Source: Clostridiales bacterium (GTDB lineage Bacteria; Bacillota; Clostridia; Saccharofermentanales; Saccharofermentanaceae). Taken from it: a stretch of DNA of 64,000 nucleotides. A program made the position numbers and the translations under genes. Below, in pieces: positions 10,828 through 21,055 of this stretch; position 1 is the first letter of the stretch; every line of letters starts with the position of its first letter. Location: NCBI GenBank assembly GCA_017513085.1, contig JAFWDK010000029.1:32001-96000 (forward strand). The letters run 5' to 3'. The notes below the pieces were generated by a model, which saw nothing but the letters and a program-made list of their open reading frames with translations, had not been told where the DNA came from and searched no databases.

Positions 10828-13116
10828 ATGATTTCATTACTTGATTCCGGCGCGTACCTGATCCGTGGTACGGAGATCATCCCGGACAACCAGGAGGCAG
10901 CCGCTGCGATTGCTGCGAAGACCGGCAAAACAGTGACGAAGGAAGAGGCAAAGAAAGAGACCATCGCTTATGGTATTTTGAGAGATCACAATACCTCCGG
11001 CAATATGGAGAAACTGAAGATCAAGTTCGATAAACTGACTTCCCACGATATCACATTCGTAGGTATTATCCAGACTGCTCGTGCTTCCGGACTTCAGAAA
11101 TTCCCGGTTCCGTATGTTCTGACGAACTGCCATAACTCTCTTTGCGCAGTTGGCGGAACGATCAATGAAGATGACCACATGTTTGGTCTTTCCTGCGCTA
11201 AGAAGTACGGTGGTGTTTATGTACCACCGCATCAGGCTGTTATCCATCAGTTTGCACGTGAGATGCTTGCCGGTGGCGGCAAGATGATCCTGGGTTCGGA
11301 CTCCCACACACGTTACGGTGCCCTTGGTACCATGGCAATGGGTGAAGGCGGACCGGAACTGGTTAAGCAGCTTCTCAACCAGACATATGACATCAATATG
11401 CCGGGCGTAGTCGCGATCTACCTCAAGGGCGCACCGGTAAAGGGCGTTGGTCCGCAGGACGTCGCTCTCGCGATCATCGGCGCCGTTTTTGCTAACGGCT
11501 ACGTAAAGAACAAGGTCATGGAGTTTGTCGGACCTGGCGTAAAGTCTCTCTCGACTGACTTCCGTATCGGTGTAGACGTAATGACTACTGAGACAACATG
11601 TCTGTCCTCCATCTGGCAGACAGATGACGAAGTGAAGAGCTTCTACGATATTCACGGACGTTCCGGTGATTATAAAGAACTGAATCCGGGTGAAGTGGCG
11701 TACTATGATGGCGTGGTCGAGATCGATCTTTCCACGATCCGTCCGATGATCGCTATGCCGTTCCATCCGAGCAACACCTACACGATCGAAGAACTCAAGG
11801 CAAATCTTGACGATATCCTGAACGATGTTGAGAAGCGTGCAAAGGTTTCTCTCGGCGATGCTGTGGATTTCTCCTTGAGAAGCAAGGTCGTGAACGGAAA
11901 GTTTATGGTGGATCAGGGAATCATTGCCGGATGCGCCGGCGGTGGATTTGAAAATATCTGCGCCGCGGCAGACATTCTGAAGGGTAACTACATTGGCTCC
12001 GATAAGTTCACTCTTTCCGTTTATCCGGCTTCTATGCCTGTTTATATGGAACTTGTTAGAAATGGTTGCGCGGCAACGATCATGGAGACCGGTGCCATCA
12101 TCAAGACTGCTTTCTGCGGACCGTGCTTCGGAGCAGGAGATACGCCTGCTAATAATGCGTTCAGTATCCGTCATAGTACGAGAAACTTCCCGAACAGAGA
12201 GGGAAGTAAACTCCAGAATGGTCAGATTTCTTCTGTTGCCCTCATGGATGCTCGTTCCATTGCAGCGACAGCAGCAAATAAAGGCGAGCTGACCGCGGCG
12301 ACCGAGTTTGACGGAGAGATCGGTAAGTATAAGTACTTCTTTGATTCCAAGATCTATGCGAACCGGGTATTTGATTCCAAGGGTGTCGCTGATCCTTCCC
12401 AGGAGATCCACTTTGGTCCGAATATTAAAGACTGGCCGGCAATGGTCGCTCTGACAGACAATCTGGTACTTCGCTGTGTTTCCGAGATCCATGATCCGGT
12501 AACTACGACTGATGAATTGATTCCGTCCGGAGAGACTTCTTCTTACCGTTCCAATCCGCTCGGTCTTGCTGAGTTCACTCTGAGCCGTAAGGATCCGGAG
12601 TATGTCGGACGTGCGAAAGAGATCCAGAAGGTCGAGAAGGCTAGAGAAGAAGATAAGAAACTCTGTGAGTTGTTCCCGGAGATCCATATTGTGATGCAGA
12701 CTATCAAGAAGGACTTCCCGGAAGTGCATCGCTCCAACACAGGATTCGGTTCCACCATCTTTGCCGTGAAACCAGGTGACGGTTCAGCTCGTGAGCAGGC
12801 TGCTTCCTGCCAGAAAGTGCTTGGCGGCTGGGCAAATATCGCTAATGAATATGCAACCAAGCGTTACAGAAGCAATTTGATCAACTGGGGTATGCTCCCG
12901 TTCCTCATTGAGGAAGGCGAGCTGCCGTTTAAGAATCTTGATTACATCTTTATTCCGGGTATCCGTGAAGCAGTAGAGAAGAAAACCGAGGTCATCAAAG
13001 CTTACACGGTTACGGAGAGCGGTCTGAAGGAATTTGACCTGCGTCTTGGAGATCTTACTGATGAAGAGCGCCAGATCATTTTGAAAGGCTGCCTGATCAA
13101 CTATAACCGGGTATAA
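10828..13116 (+). CDS. Aconitase-family hydratase (YbhJ-like)
   Basis: [30 protein letters not shown], Fe-S cysteines in AGCAGG and [16 protein letters not shown]-terminal swivel domain GSAREQA. Confidence 0.92.
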   Translation: MISLLDSGAYLIRGTEIIPDNQEAAAAIAAKTGKTVTKEEAKKETIAYGILRDHNTSGNMEKLKIKFDKLTSHDITFVGIIQTARASGLQKFPVPYVLTNCHNSLCAVGGTINEDDHMFGLSCAKKYGGVYVPPHQAVIHQFAREMLAGGGKMILGSDSHTRYGALGTMAMGEGGPELVKQLLNQTYDINMPGVVAIYLKGAPVKGVGPQDVALAIIGAVFANGYVKNKVMEFVGPGVKSLSTDFRIGVDVMTTETTCLSSIWQTDDEVKSFYDIHGRSGDYKELNPGEVAYYDGVVEIDLSTIRPMIAMPFHPSNTYTIEELKANLDDILNDVEKRAKVSLGDAVDFSLRSKVVNGKFMVDQGIIAGCAGGGFENICAAADILKGNYIGSDKFTLSVYPASMPVYMELVRNGCAATIMETGAIIKTAFCGPCFGAGDTPANNAFSIRHSTRNFPNREGSKLQNGQISSVALMDARSIAATAANKGELTAATEFDGEIGKYKYFFDSKIYANRVFDSKGVADPSQEIHFGPNIKDWPAMVALTDNLVLRCVSEIHDPVTTTDELIPSGETSSYRSNPLGLAEFTLSRKDPEYVGRAKEIQKVEKAREEDKKLCELFPEIHIVMQTIKKDFPEVHRSNTGFGSTIFAVKPGDGSAREQAASCQKVLGGWANIANEYATKRYRSNLINWGMLPFLIEEGELPFKNLDYIFIPGIREAVEKKTEVIKAYTVTESGLKEFDLRLGDLTDEERQIILKGCLINYNRV

Positions 13117-13142
13117 TTGGTTCTGAAATAATGACACTGAAG

Positions 13143-13179
13143 AAGGCGCTATCTCAAACAAATGAGGTAGCGCCTTTTT
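13143..13179 (+). terminator. Rho-independent terminator
   Basis: AAGGCGCTATCTCA / TGAGGTAGCGCCTT stem plus T-tract after the hydratase gene. Confidence 0.8.
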
Positions 13180-13222
13180 AGGTCAACAAGAATGGACGGA
13201 AAATATTGTCCGACCTGAAGGA

Positions 13223-14509
13223 TCAGACAGAAGCACAGGTCCCGAGAAATACAGGAATACCTGTCTCCATATCAACGATTGCATAGACGAATGGGCGGTT
13301 GCAGCATACGGAACGTGTATGAATGCTGGGTTCTCCATACTTATTCATGATCACGGCCGTTGCAGCGGCAGCAGTCGTACCTTCCCGGCTTACTTCGATA
13401 TGTGTCTGATGGATCACGTTTTTGATGTAGACTTTGTCCGGAGTCATAAGACTGAAGTCTGCGCTGGCAGGATCGAAAGGGGCAACCATTCCCATATCTT
13501 GCAGTACATCGGGAAGTTCGATCCGATAGTCGGTTGAAAACTCAGGAAACATTACTCTGACTTCGGAGGATATGCGTGAATTCCAGATCTCCCAGTACTT
13601 TTCCGGTGTCAAAGAAGAGATAAAAGAGCTGATATCGGTATTGCTATCTTCAGGAAGAAGCGCCATGAAGCCGAATTTTCCATCTTTGTAAGGTTTGATA
13701 AATCCGGTAGCGTCATTGCCGGACAAGTATGTGTTCTCCGTGCTGTTTAAGAACATGACGCTTTGTGTATCATTTTCTCCCCTGATAAATAAGCCTTCAT
13801 GGATGTCTCTTTCACTCAAAGCGGTCTCCCATTCGCTTTCAAAAGAAATAGCATTGATCAATACCATGATCGATAGTGGATCAATATCAGTTGGAGTGAG
13901 AAGGTCCTTTATTTTTCCGTCGGTTTTTCCTTCCACCCACTTATTGATAGTATTTACGATACCGTCCTGAAAAGAACGGATATTGATTGCAGCATCGAAG
14001 TGACGGGAGACATAGTCCGAATATGGCTTAAAGATGCTCTGGGAATCGTTCTGGTTGATCCAGATGGAATTGGCGATGTGCAGCGAGTCGTTCCGGAGAT
14101 GCTCCATACGGTCAACGGCAAACCGGAACGATTCTGTATTTCTAATGCCCGGCATCATGGTTTGAAGCATCTGATCCAGTGTGGTGCCATTGGCTCCGGC
14201 AGCTGTCATTTCAAGTGCGAACAAGAGCGAATCAGGAGAGATCAATACGTTTGTGGTATCACTTTGTTCCACACACCGTTTCATGACTTCAAAAACAAAT
14301 CTGGTATAGGCCATTCGCAATTCCTCTTCTGATGCCTGGTCAGAGGAACTGCCGCTACCCATAAGATCAAAAACGGCTGTCTCATCACCGATATAAGGAA
14401 CCTCGTTGGCAGAAGCGACTTCGTGAAGTTGCGTGCTGTTTTTTCGGCAACCTGCTGAAATCGGTAGAATGAATGACAGTGTAAGTAGTATGCTTGCGAT
14501 TTTTTTCAT
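13223..14509 (-). CDS. Serpin (serine protease inhibitor), lipoprotein
   Basis: Signal peptide with lipobox ISAGC; NVLISP, INKWVEGKTDGKI, LINAISF, hinge EGTTAAAAT, NRPFVYAI. Start placed at MKKIAS (14509). Confidence 0.92.
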   Translation of the reverse strand: MKKIASILLTLSFILPISAGCRKNSTQLHEVASANEVPYIGDETAVFDLMGSGSSSDQASEEELRMAYTRFVFEVMKRCVEQSDTTNVLISPDSLLFALEMTAAGANGTTLDQMLQTMMPGIRNTESFRFAVDRMEHLRNDSLHIANSIWINQNDSQSIFKPYSDYVSRHFDAAINIRSFQDGIVNTINKWVEGKTDGKIKDLLTPTDIDPLSIMVLINAISFESEWETALSERDIHEGLFIRGENDTQSVMFLNSTENTYLSGNDATGFIKPYKDGKFGFMALLPEDSNTDISSFISSLTPEKYWEIWNSRISSEVRVMFPEFSTDYRIELPDVLQDMGMVAPFDPASADFSLMTPDKVYIKNVIHQTHIEVSREGTTAAAATAVIMNKYGEPSIHTRSVCCNRPFVYAIVDMETGIPVFLGTCASV

Positions 14510-14543
14510 TTTTCTTTTCCTCTTTTTGCTTGTATACATATAA

Positions 14544-14570
14544 GACGAAGAAAAGGAGGATTCTGTTGCA
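14544..14570 (-). promoter_or_regulatory. Putative ECF-sigma promoter of the serpin gene
   Basis: Minus strand reads TGCAAC-N17-CGTCtta, resembling SigW/SigM/SigV-type -35/-10 elements. Confidence 0.5.
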
Positions 14571-14598
14571 GATATGCTTTACAGAAAAAGACAAATGA

Positions 14599-15546
14599 TT
14601 ACATTTCGAGAGTTGTCTTTCTTACGAAGTTATCGAAAAGATACGCGGCATAGCGCTGGTAGATCGCATCCCGGCCGATTTCGTTATGTGGCTCGTGCCG
14701 CATGCCGTGACGAATATCCAATGTGACTTTTTCCTGCCCCGAGGCAATCAGCTTGTTGTAGATCTTCCGCGGACCCGCTCCATAATCGCCTACAGGATCC
14801 TCGTCGCCGGAAAGGATCAGGATCGGTTTGTTCTTTGGGATCTTCTGATACCATTCTTCTGAATTACAGTTCTCCAAAAGATTAAACATATCTATATATG
14901 CAGAGTGAGTAAATTTGAACGTGCAAAAAGGATCACCGGTATAACGCTTGACGACTTCCTGATCGTAAGAGATCCAGTCGCTTTGCGTGATCGGATTTTT
15001 AATTTTTTTCATGTAGTTGGTGTTGATCAATTCTGAGATCAGTTCAGCCGGTTTTCTGTCCCGGAGGAAAAAGCGCTGCACCTTGGCCAGAACGCGAAGT
15101 GGTTTCATGAGAGAAGGTGTCACGGCGGTTCCGGAAAGAATGATACCGTCGCAGCTCTCGCCATACTTGGCGTACCAGTTTCTTACGATAAAAGAACCCA
15201 TTGAGTGTCCCAGTAGCACATATGGTTTTCCCGGATAACTCTCGGCCATGATCTGATGCAGTTTTTCGACATCTTCAATCAGAAAGCCTGCGCCTCCGCG
15301 CTTAGCAAAGAATCCGAAAGTATCTTTGCTTCCGACGCTCTGGCCATGTCCTAAATGGTCTTCTCCGCATACTACATATCCCTTCTCGGCGAGATAGAGA
15401 GCTAAAACAGTATACCGTCCCATATATTCACACATGCCGTGAACGATCTGCACGACGCCGCGCGCCGGAACCGATGGGGTCCAGATAAAATAGGAAATGG
15501 CGGTCTTGCCGTCGGAGCTGGTATATGTATTCTTCTGAAAAGACAT
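14599..15546 (-). CDS. Alpha/beta hydrolase (lysophospholipase-like)
   Basis: HGMCEY, DHLGHG, GHSMG nucleophile elbow, SGDEDPV, RHEPHNE. Confidence 0.9.
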   Translation of the reverse strand: MSFQKNTYTSSDGKTAISYFIWTPSVPARGVVQIVHGMCEYMGRYTVLALYLAEKGYVVCGEDHLGHGQSVGSKDTFGFFAKRGGAGFLIEDVEKLHQIMAESYPGKPYVLLGHSMGSFIVRNWYAKYGESCDGIILSGTAVTPSLMKPLRVLAKVQRFFLRDRKPAELISELINTNYMKKIKNPITQSDWISYDQEVVKRYTGDPFCTFKFTHSAYIDMFNLLENCNSEEWYQKIPKNKPILILSGDEDPVGDYGAGPRKIYNKLIASGQEKVTLDIRHGMRHEPHNEIGRDAIYQRYAAYLFDNFVRKTTLEM

Positions 15547-15663
15547 AAGAAAAACGACTCCTTTTTCCGGATGGATTCTTCTTACTCATTATACACTTTC
15601 TGCTGTGAAAAACGAGATGAGACTGACCTTCACGAAGAATGCCATATGTTCGCTTGAACATTC

Positions 15664-15692
15664 TTGACAGTCACGTGACCGTGTGGTACTAT
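15664..15692 (+). promoter_or_regulatory. Sigma-A promoter with a palindromic operator in the spacer
   Basis: TTGACA-N17-TACTAT; the spacer contains the perfect palindrome GTCACGTGAC (15670-15679). Confidence 0.65.
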
Positions 15693-15721
15693 TTGATAAA
15701 AGCGAAGAAGGAGGTGTCAGA

Positions 15722-16246
15722 ATGGAGTTGCTATTACCGGGAACAATGATTTCGGTGTCCCAGAGCCATTTGGAGGATGTTGACCAGGTTTTCCGGCCGA
15801 TGTTTCTTTCAGGCGGATTGCAGCTAAGACAGGTCGTCGGACTCCTGGGAACGGAAGCGCACACGGTTCAGAACTGGGTGAAGCGTGGCTTCGTGGATTC
15901 ACCGGTCAAGAAATTCTACGATCAGGAACGTTTTGTAAGACTGGCACTTCTGAATTATTACAAAGATGTATTTTCTTTGGAGGAGATCATTCTTCTTTTG
16001 AATATGGTCCGGCAGGACAGCATGGTATATTCTGCATTATGTCTGCTTCTGGCACATTCTCCGATCGACCCGATCCGGGCGGAAACGAAATTCAATGAAA
16101 TGATCGAGGAAGCCATGTCCGCCCGCAGTTTTGATTATAAAAAGACCAGCAAGGAACAGGTCCGACGGTTATTGACGATCCTTTACACCGCACATCTTTC
16201 GATCGTTCTTAAGAGAGAAGCGGTAAAAATGGCGAAGGAAATCTGA
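15722..16246 (+). CDS. DUF1836-family putative transcriptional regulator
   Basis: LPGT, GL.L.QV, TVQNWVKRGFV..P.KK.Y (MerR-like HTH signature of DUF1836). RBS AGGAGGTG before ATG 15722. Confidence 0.75.
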   Translation: MELLLPGTMISVSQSHLEDVDQVFRPMFLSGGLQLRQVVGLLGTEAHTVQNWVKRGFVDSPVKKFYDQERFVRLALLNYYKDVFSLEEIILLLNMVRQDSMVYSALCLLLAHSPIDPIRAETKFNEMIEEAMSARSFDYKKTSKEQVRRLLTILYTAHLSIVLKREAVKMAKEI

Positions 16247-16267
16247 TCTGAAAGAGAGGAAAGAAAA

Positions 16268-17368
16268 ATGGATTATCTCATTAATTGGTTTGAATCAATG
16301 AATTTCGTGGAACAGATCTTTGCCTGTATAGCTGTTGTATTCACAGTCCTTCTTATCGTCCAGTTTGTGCTTCTTATGATTGGCGCAGCATCTCACGGAG
16401 GCGGCGACATGAACGGACACGATATGGGTGGAGATGGTCATGATTTCGGTCAGGGGCATGACATGGACGTCGGACATGATGGTGATTTCGGCGGACATGA
16501 TTTTGACCATGCCGGTACAGACTTTGATGCCGGTCACGATATCGGCGGACATGTACACGGTGACTTCGGACATGATTTCGGGCATGGTGATTTTGGAGGA
16601 TTCGACGGAGATGTATCCCATGATTTCGGACATGCTCCACAGGATGTGGGCGGAGACTTCAGCACGGATATGCACGACGGAATTGGACAGGTTGCTCACG
16701 ATGCTTCAGCAGATGCGGATGGAAGCTTCGATTACGACCACGATATGCAGGCCGGTCATACACATGTCGGACAAGTGATCCACGATTTCGGCCAAGTGCA
16801 GGGAAGCGTGGTCGTGGATGTACACAGTGGAGATATCTATCTGGCAGATGCTGCCCCGCATGAACTAATGTACAGAGGACCGGATGTCGGCATTCCGGAT
16901 CAGGATCTTCCGGATGGAAGAACATATATCGACCGGGCAGATAAACTGCATGGATCAGGATTCCGGCTCTTTACGACACAGGGAATCATCGCATTCTTCT
17001 GTATCTATGGATGGACTGGTCTGATCTTCATGAAACAGCTGGGACTGCATGGCGTTCCTGCTGCTCTCCTTGCCGCATTGTGCGGTTTCGTCGGAATGTT
17101 CTTGATGTCTCTTGCTCTTTGGGGCATGCTCAAGATACAATCAGATGGAACGATGAATATCAAGAATGCGCTTGGCAAATCCGGAGAAGTCTATATCCCG
17201 ATCCCGGGGAAGCGGGCAAACACCGGCAAAGTTATGGTAAAAGTCCAGGACCAGGTTACGGAATTTGACGCGGTCACGGACGATGATGAGAAGATCGGCA
17301 CCGGGTCTTTGATCACGGTGATCGGTATTACAAAGGGTACAACACTGATTGTGACCAAACATAGTTAA
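16268..17368 (+). CDS. NfeD-like membrane protein (flotillin partner) with long His/Asp/Gly-rich insertion
   Basis: TM helix, GHDF-rich loop, RLFT.QGIIAFF...GWTG helices, C-terminal OB-fold (GKSGEVYIPIPG...GKVMV); directly upstream of flotillin. Confidence 0.82.
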   Translation: MDYLINWFESMNFVEQIFACIAVVFTVLLIVQFVLLMIGAASHGGGDMNGHDMGGDGHDFGQGHDMDVGHDGDFGGHDFDHAGTDFDAGHDIGGHVHGDFGHDFGHGDFGGFDGDVSHDFGHAPQDVGGDFSTDMHDGIGQVAHDASADADGSFDYDHDMQAGHTHVGQVIHDFGQVQGSVVVDVHSGDIYLADAAPHELMYRGPDVGIPDQDLPDGRTYIDRADKLHGSGFRLFTTQGIIAFFCIYGWTGLIFMKQLGLHGVPAALLAALCGFVGMFLMSLALWGMLKIQSDGTMNIKNALGKSGEVYIPIPGKRANTGKVMVKVQDQVTEFDAVTDDDEKIGTGSLITVIGITKGTTLIVTKHS

Positions 17369-17390
17369 GAAGTAATAGGAGGAAACGAAA

Positions 17391-19082
17391 ATGCCATTTG
17401 AAGTAATTTGTCTTTTAGTAGTCATTGCACTATTGGCTTTCACACTGTTCTTGATTTTCCTTTCAAGATACAGAAAATGTCCGTCTGACCGTATCATGGT
17501 CATTTACGGTAAAGTTGGTAAGAATGCGGACGGTACCGCACGCTCATCCAAATGTATTCATGGTGGTGCGGCGTTTGTGTGGCCGGTCATCCAGTCATAT
17601 CAGTATCTGGACCTGACCCCGATCTCTATTTCGGTTGACCTTCGTTCTGCACTTTCCCGTCAGAATATCCGTATCGACGTTCCGTCTATCTTTACGGTAG
17701 GTATCTCTACAGAACCCGGCATCATGCAGAACGCTGCAGAACGTCTGCTTGGACTCAAACTCAATGAGATCCAGGAACTTGCCAAGGATATCATCTTCGG
17801 TCAGCTCCGTCTGGTTATTGCAACGATGGATATCGAGGAGATCAACACCGACCGTGATAAGTTCCTCGAGGCAGTTTCCAGAAACGTGGAAACCGAGTTG
17901 AAGAAGATCGGTCTTCGTCTGATCAACGTAAACGTAACGGATATCAGCGATGAATCCGGATACATTGCCGCTCTTGGTAAAGAAGCAGCAGCTAAGGCCA
18001 TCAACGATGCAAAGAAGAACGTCGCTGAGAAAGAAAGAGACGGTTCCATCGGTGAAGCTTTGGCACAGAAAGATCAGCGTATCCAGGTTGCATCAGCAAA
18101 CTCTATGGCTATCCAGGGTGAGAACTCGGCAAAGATCGAAGTAGCGAATTCCGAGGCTGTACGCCGTGAGAAGGCCGCTGAGGCGATGAGACTTGCAATT
18201 GCTGCAGAAAAAGTTCAGGCGGCAAAAGCACTTGAAGAAGCATACGCGGCAGAAAAAGAGGCAGAGCTTTCCCGTTCGGCCCGTGAAAAAGCAACACTCG
18301 AAGCTGACGTTATCGTAAAGGCGGAGATCACTAAGAGAGAGATCGAGCTGGCAGCTGAAGCGGAAGCGGAGAAGATCAGAAGACAGGCTTCCGGTGAAGC
18401 GGATGCTATTTACGCGAAAATGGAAGCACAGGCTCGTGGTATGCAGGAGATCCTCACGAAGCAGGCTGCAGGTTTTGAGAAGATCGTAGCGGCAGCAGGC
18501 GGCGACGCCAAGAACGCCATGATGCTCATGCTGGCAGACAAGATGGAAGATCTCATGAAGATCCAGGTAGAAGCAATCCGCGATCTGAAGATCGACAAGG
18601 TAACTGTTTGGGACAGTGGCGCAGGCGCCGGAACAGATGGCAAGAGCTCTACAGCAAACTTCATCTCCGGACTTATGAAGAGTGTGCCGCCGATGAACGA
18701 GATCTTCGAAATGGCCGGTATGTCTTTGCCGGAATTCCTGGGAAAGAAGATGACGAGCACAGATGGTGCTGTTGTTTCGGCAGATGAAGCGACGTTCGTC
18801 GCCGGCGATGCAAAGGAAATCGAAAGTGAAGAGGCTCCGGTCGAAAAGGAGGCTCCGGTCAAAGTTCCGGAAACTCCGAAGGCTGAAGTAAAACCAGAAG
18901 AGGCTGCCCCGGCTGAGCCACAGGCGCCGGTCGCACCGGTCGCACCTGCCGCACCGGCCACTCCGGCTGTACCGCAGGCTCCGGCTCCGGCGGCTCCTGT
19001 AAAGGAAGTCCCGAAGACAGATGGACCGATCTGGACAAAGCAGATCCCGCAGAACAATGAAGAGGACCCGACAAACCTCTGA
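17391..19082 (+). CDS. Flotillin-family (SPFH) protein with Pro/Ala-rich tail
   Basis: N-terminal TM, GGAAFVWPVIQ, SPFH domain, EA-rich coiled coil, IDKVTVWD, PAAP-rich C-terminus. Confidence 0.92.
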   Translation: MPFEVICLLVVIALLAFTLFLIFLSRYRKCPSDRIMVIYGKVGKNADGTARSSKCIHGGAAFVWPVIQSYQYLDLTPISISVDLRSALSRQNIRIDVPSIFTVGISTEPGIMQNAAERLLGLKLNEIQELAKDIIFGQLRLVIATMDIEEINTDRDKFLEAVSRNVETELKKIGLRLINVNVTDISDESGYIAALGKEAAAKAINDAKKNVAEKERDGSIGEALAQKDQRIQVASANSMAIQGENSAKIEVANSEAVRREKAAEAMRLAIAAEKVQAAKALEEAYAAEKEAELSRSAREKATLEADVIVKAEITKREIELAAEAEAEKIRRQASGEADAIYAKMEAQARGMQEILTKQAAGFEKIVAAAGGDAKNAMMLMLADKMEDLMKIQVEAIRDLKIDKVTVWDSGAGAGTDGKSSTANFISGLMKSVPPMNEIFEMAGMSLPEFLGKKMTSTDGAVVSADEATFVAGDAKEIESEEAPVEKEAPVKVPETPKAEVKPEEAAPAEPQAPVAPVAPAAPATPAVPQAPAPAAPVKEVPKTDGPIWTKQIPQNNEEDPTNL

Positions 19083-19141
19083 TCTGCGTAAAGAACGATG
19101 GTGAGGCGTACAACACCACGCTGAACTTGTAAAGGCAACAT

Positions 19142-19187
19142 AAAGGACCATTTTCAGGTGCTTGGGCACAAGAAGATGGTCCTTTTT
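19142..19187 (+). terminator. Rho-independent terminator
   Basis: AAAGGACCATTTTC / GAAGATGGTCCTTT stem plus T-tract. Confidence 0.7.
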
Positions 19188-19283
19188 CTGTCAGGACGCA
19201 AAACGTGCGCCGCCAAGACAAGATTGACGGGATACCGGGAGTCTGTTATTGTATTTTGAAATCTGAATGAAACGGAAACCGCG

Positions 19284-19937
19284 ATGATGAAAAAACTTGT
19301 GATCTTTGATCTGGATGGAACGCTTATGAATACGAAACCGGGGATCGTGGCAGGATTAAGCTACGCGATTGAAAAAGCCGGACTTCCGGTTCCGGATGAA
19401 GAAACTTTTGACACGTTCATCGGACCACCCCTGGAAAGCTCTTTTGAAAGAGTATACGGACTGGATGAGGAACCGATGCAGAAGATCATCGCGGATTATA
19501 GAGAGAAATACCTGGCTGGTGATATCTATCAGGCGATCCCGTATGAGGGGATCTTTGATCTTCTGGCGGAACTGAAGAAACGAGGAATCGATGCCGCGGT
19601 GGCGACATATAAACTTGAATCCATGGCCAGAGAACTGCTGGGGAAATTCCATTTTGACGAATATATTCCATTTGTTTTCGGAAGCAATAAGGAGAACAAA
19701 CTGACCAAAGGCGACATTATTCTTAAAGGCATTGCGAAGAGCGGGCATACCAAGGCTGAGACGGTCATGGTGGGAGACAGCCATTACGATGCCGTCGGCG
19801 CCGAAGAAGTCGGCGTGGATTTTATCGGCGTGCTGTATGGTTTTGAGTTTAAGAAAAAAGAAGATGTGGACAAGTTCGCAAACATCGGTGCATCGGAAAC
19901 GACCAAGGGGATCCTGGATATCCTGGAGAAGAACTGA
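19284..19937 (+). CDS. HAD-superfamily hydrolase (phosphoglycolate phosphatase/5'-nucleotidase-like)
   Basis: FDLDGTL motif I, FIGPPL, VMVGDSHYD motif IV. Confidence 0.9.
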   Translation: MMKKLVIFDLDGTLMNTKPGIVAGLSYAIEKAGLPVPDEETFDTFIGPPLESSFERVYGLDEEPMQKIIADYREKYLAGDIYQAIPYEGIFDLLAELKKRGIDAAVATYKLESMARELLGKFHFDEYIPFVFGSNKENKLTKGDIILKGIAKSGHTKAETVMVGDSHYDAVGAEEVGVDFIGVLYGFEFKKKEDVDKFANIGASETTKGILDILEKN

Positions 19938-19948
19938 GGAATAGCCGA

Positions 19949-21055
19949 TCAGAGCCGCCGCTGCTGAAAGGACATTAGAACGAGAAGACGCAAGGTCTCG
20001 ACAATACGGGAACGGGCCTTGGAGTCGATGGCTTTGGTGGCTTCGATGATGTATGACATCTTTTTGGTCCAGCTGACCTTTGGCTGGAAAATATTGGTGG
20101 CACCGGAAGAGGTGCCGATCTTGTAAAGCATCTCTGTAAAGCTTTCCCGATCCTCATAGGAAAGATCGTCAAGCCAGGAGTGGATCACGGCTATGCGGGC
20201 CTGCGCATTGTGATCCAGGTTGGATACATAGATAAAGTCGTCATCGTCGATGTCCCAGGTAAAAGGACTGTGCTGGACCAGCCAGAGATTGCGGTTGGAG
20301 ATGAATCTGGTTCCCGGCGCGCTGTAAAGAAGCATGCCTACGAGAGACGATTGCGGGACCAGGTGCTCGACCCGTTCGGCGATCTTCTGATATTCGTCTG
20401 TGTCGTGAAGACGGAATGAAAAACCCGGACCATCAAAAGAATAGATCTTCCGGATCCTGGATTTAAAAGCATCCGTGCTTCCGGTCGCGCTATAGATCGC
20501 AAGATTGCCGCCTTTGGAATGACCACCGATGAAAAAATGTGTTTCGGGAGCAAGTTCACGCTCCAGATAAGAGATATAGCGGGAGGCTTCTTTTTGGGCG
20601 GAAACGGGATAACGGTAGGAAAGCTGAAAGTCTTCTTTCCAACCGATCCAGGTTCCGTCTGTTCCGCGGAATGCAATATAGCAAAGATTGTCCGTCAAGT
20701 GAAAGCACATGGCGGCGAACTGGATCTGCTCGTGCTCGTCGGTCCTTGCGCAGAAATGAGATATCGAAACATTTCCGAAGCGTGGATTGGCACGCATGGC
20801 ATCGATCATTTTGGTGTTTTTCGGTGTGTCCGCTGTATACTGCCCGAAAACAGGCATGTCCCGTGTGTCCGGCATGTCCGAAAGAAAAAGCGAATCGGAA
20901 GTCTTGTATGGCCATTCCGATGTCCAGATATTCTGAAGGATGTATTCCCACTGAAAATATGTGGCTTCAGCAAAAATGAGCGCGTCGATGGCGGTAAAAG
21001 GAAACTCGTCGTAAGAACGCTGTTCCTCTTTTATGAAGTCCATGATCGATTTCAA
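19949..21055 (-). CDS. DUF2974 (Mbeg1-like) lipase-fold protein
   Basis: QFAAM, AFRGTD...GWKEDF, GHSKGGNLA, FDGPGF, VPQSSLVG, QHS motifs. Confidence 0.85.
   Translation of the reverse strand: MKSIMDFIKEEQRSYDEFPFTAIDALIFAEATYFQWEYILQNIWTSEWPYKTSDSLFLSDMPDTRDMPVFGQYTADTPKNTKMIDAMRANPRFGNVSISHFCARTDEHEQIQFAAMCFHLTDNLCYIAFRGTDGTWIGWKEDFQLSYRYPVSAQKEASRYISYLERELAPETHFFIGGHSKGGNLAIYSATGSTDAFKSRIRKIYSFDGPGFSFRLHDTDEYQKIAERVEHLVPQSSLVGMLLYSAPGTRFISNRNLWLVQHSPFTWDIDDDDFIYVSNLDHNAQARIAVIHSWLDDLSYEDRESFTEMLYKIGTSSGATNIFQPKVSWTKKMSYIIEATKAIDSKARSRIVETLRLLVLMSFQQRRL

Noticed and set aside
10837-12729. 630-aa minus-strand ORF
   Set aside because: Antisense shadow of the hydratase gene, produced by codon bias; no motifs or RBS.
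19090-19140. Possible fluoride riboswitch-like GATGG motif
   Set aside because: Lacks the remaining conserved elements and lies 3' of flotillin, before a terminator.
18093-19169. Long antisense ORFs over flotillin (358 and 243 aa)
   Set aside because: Mirror of the Ala/Pro/Glu-rich coding strand.
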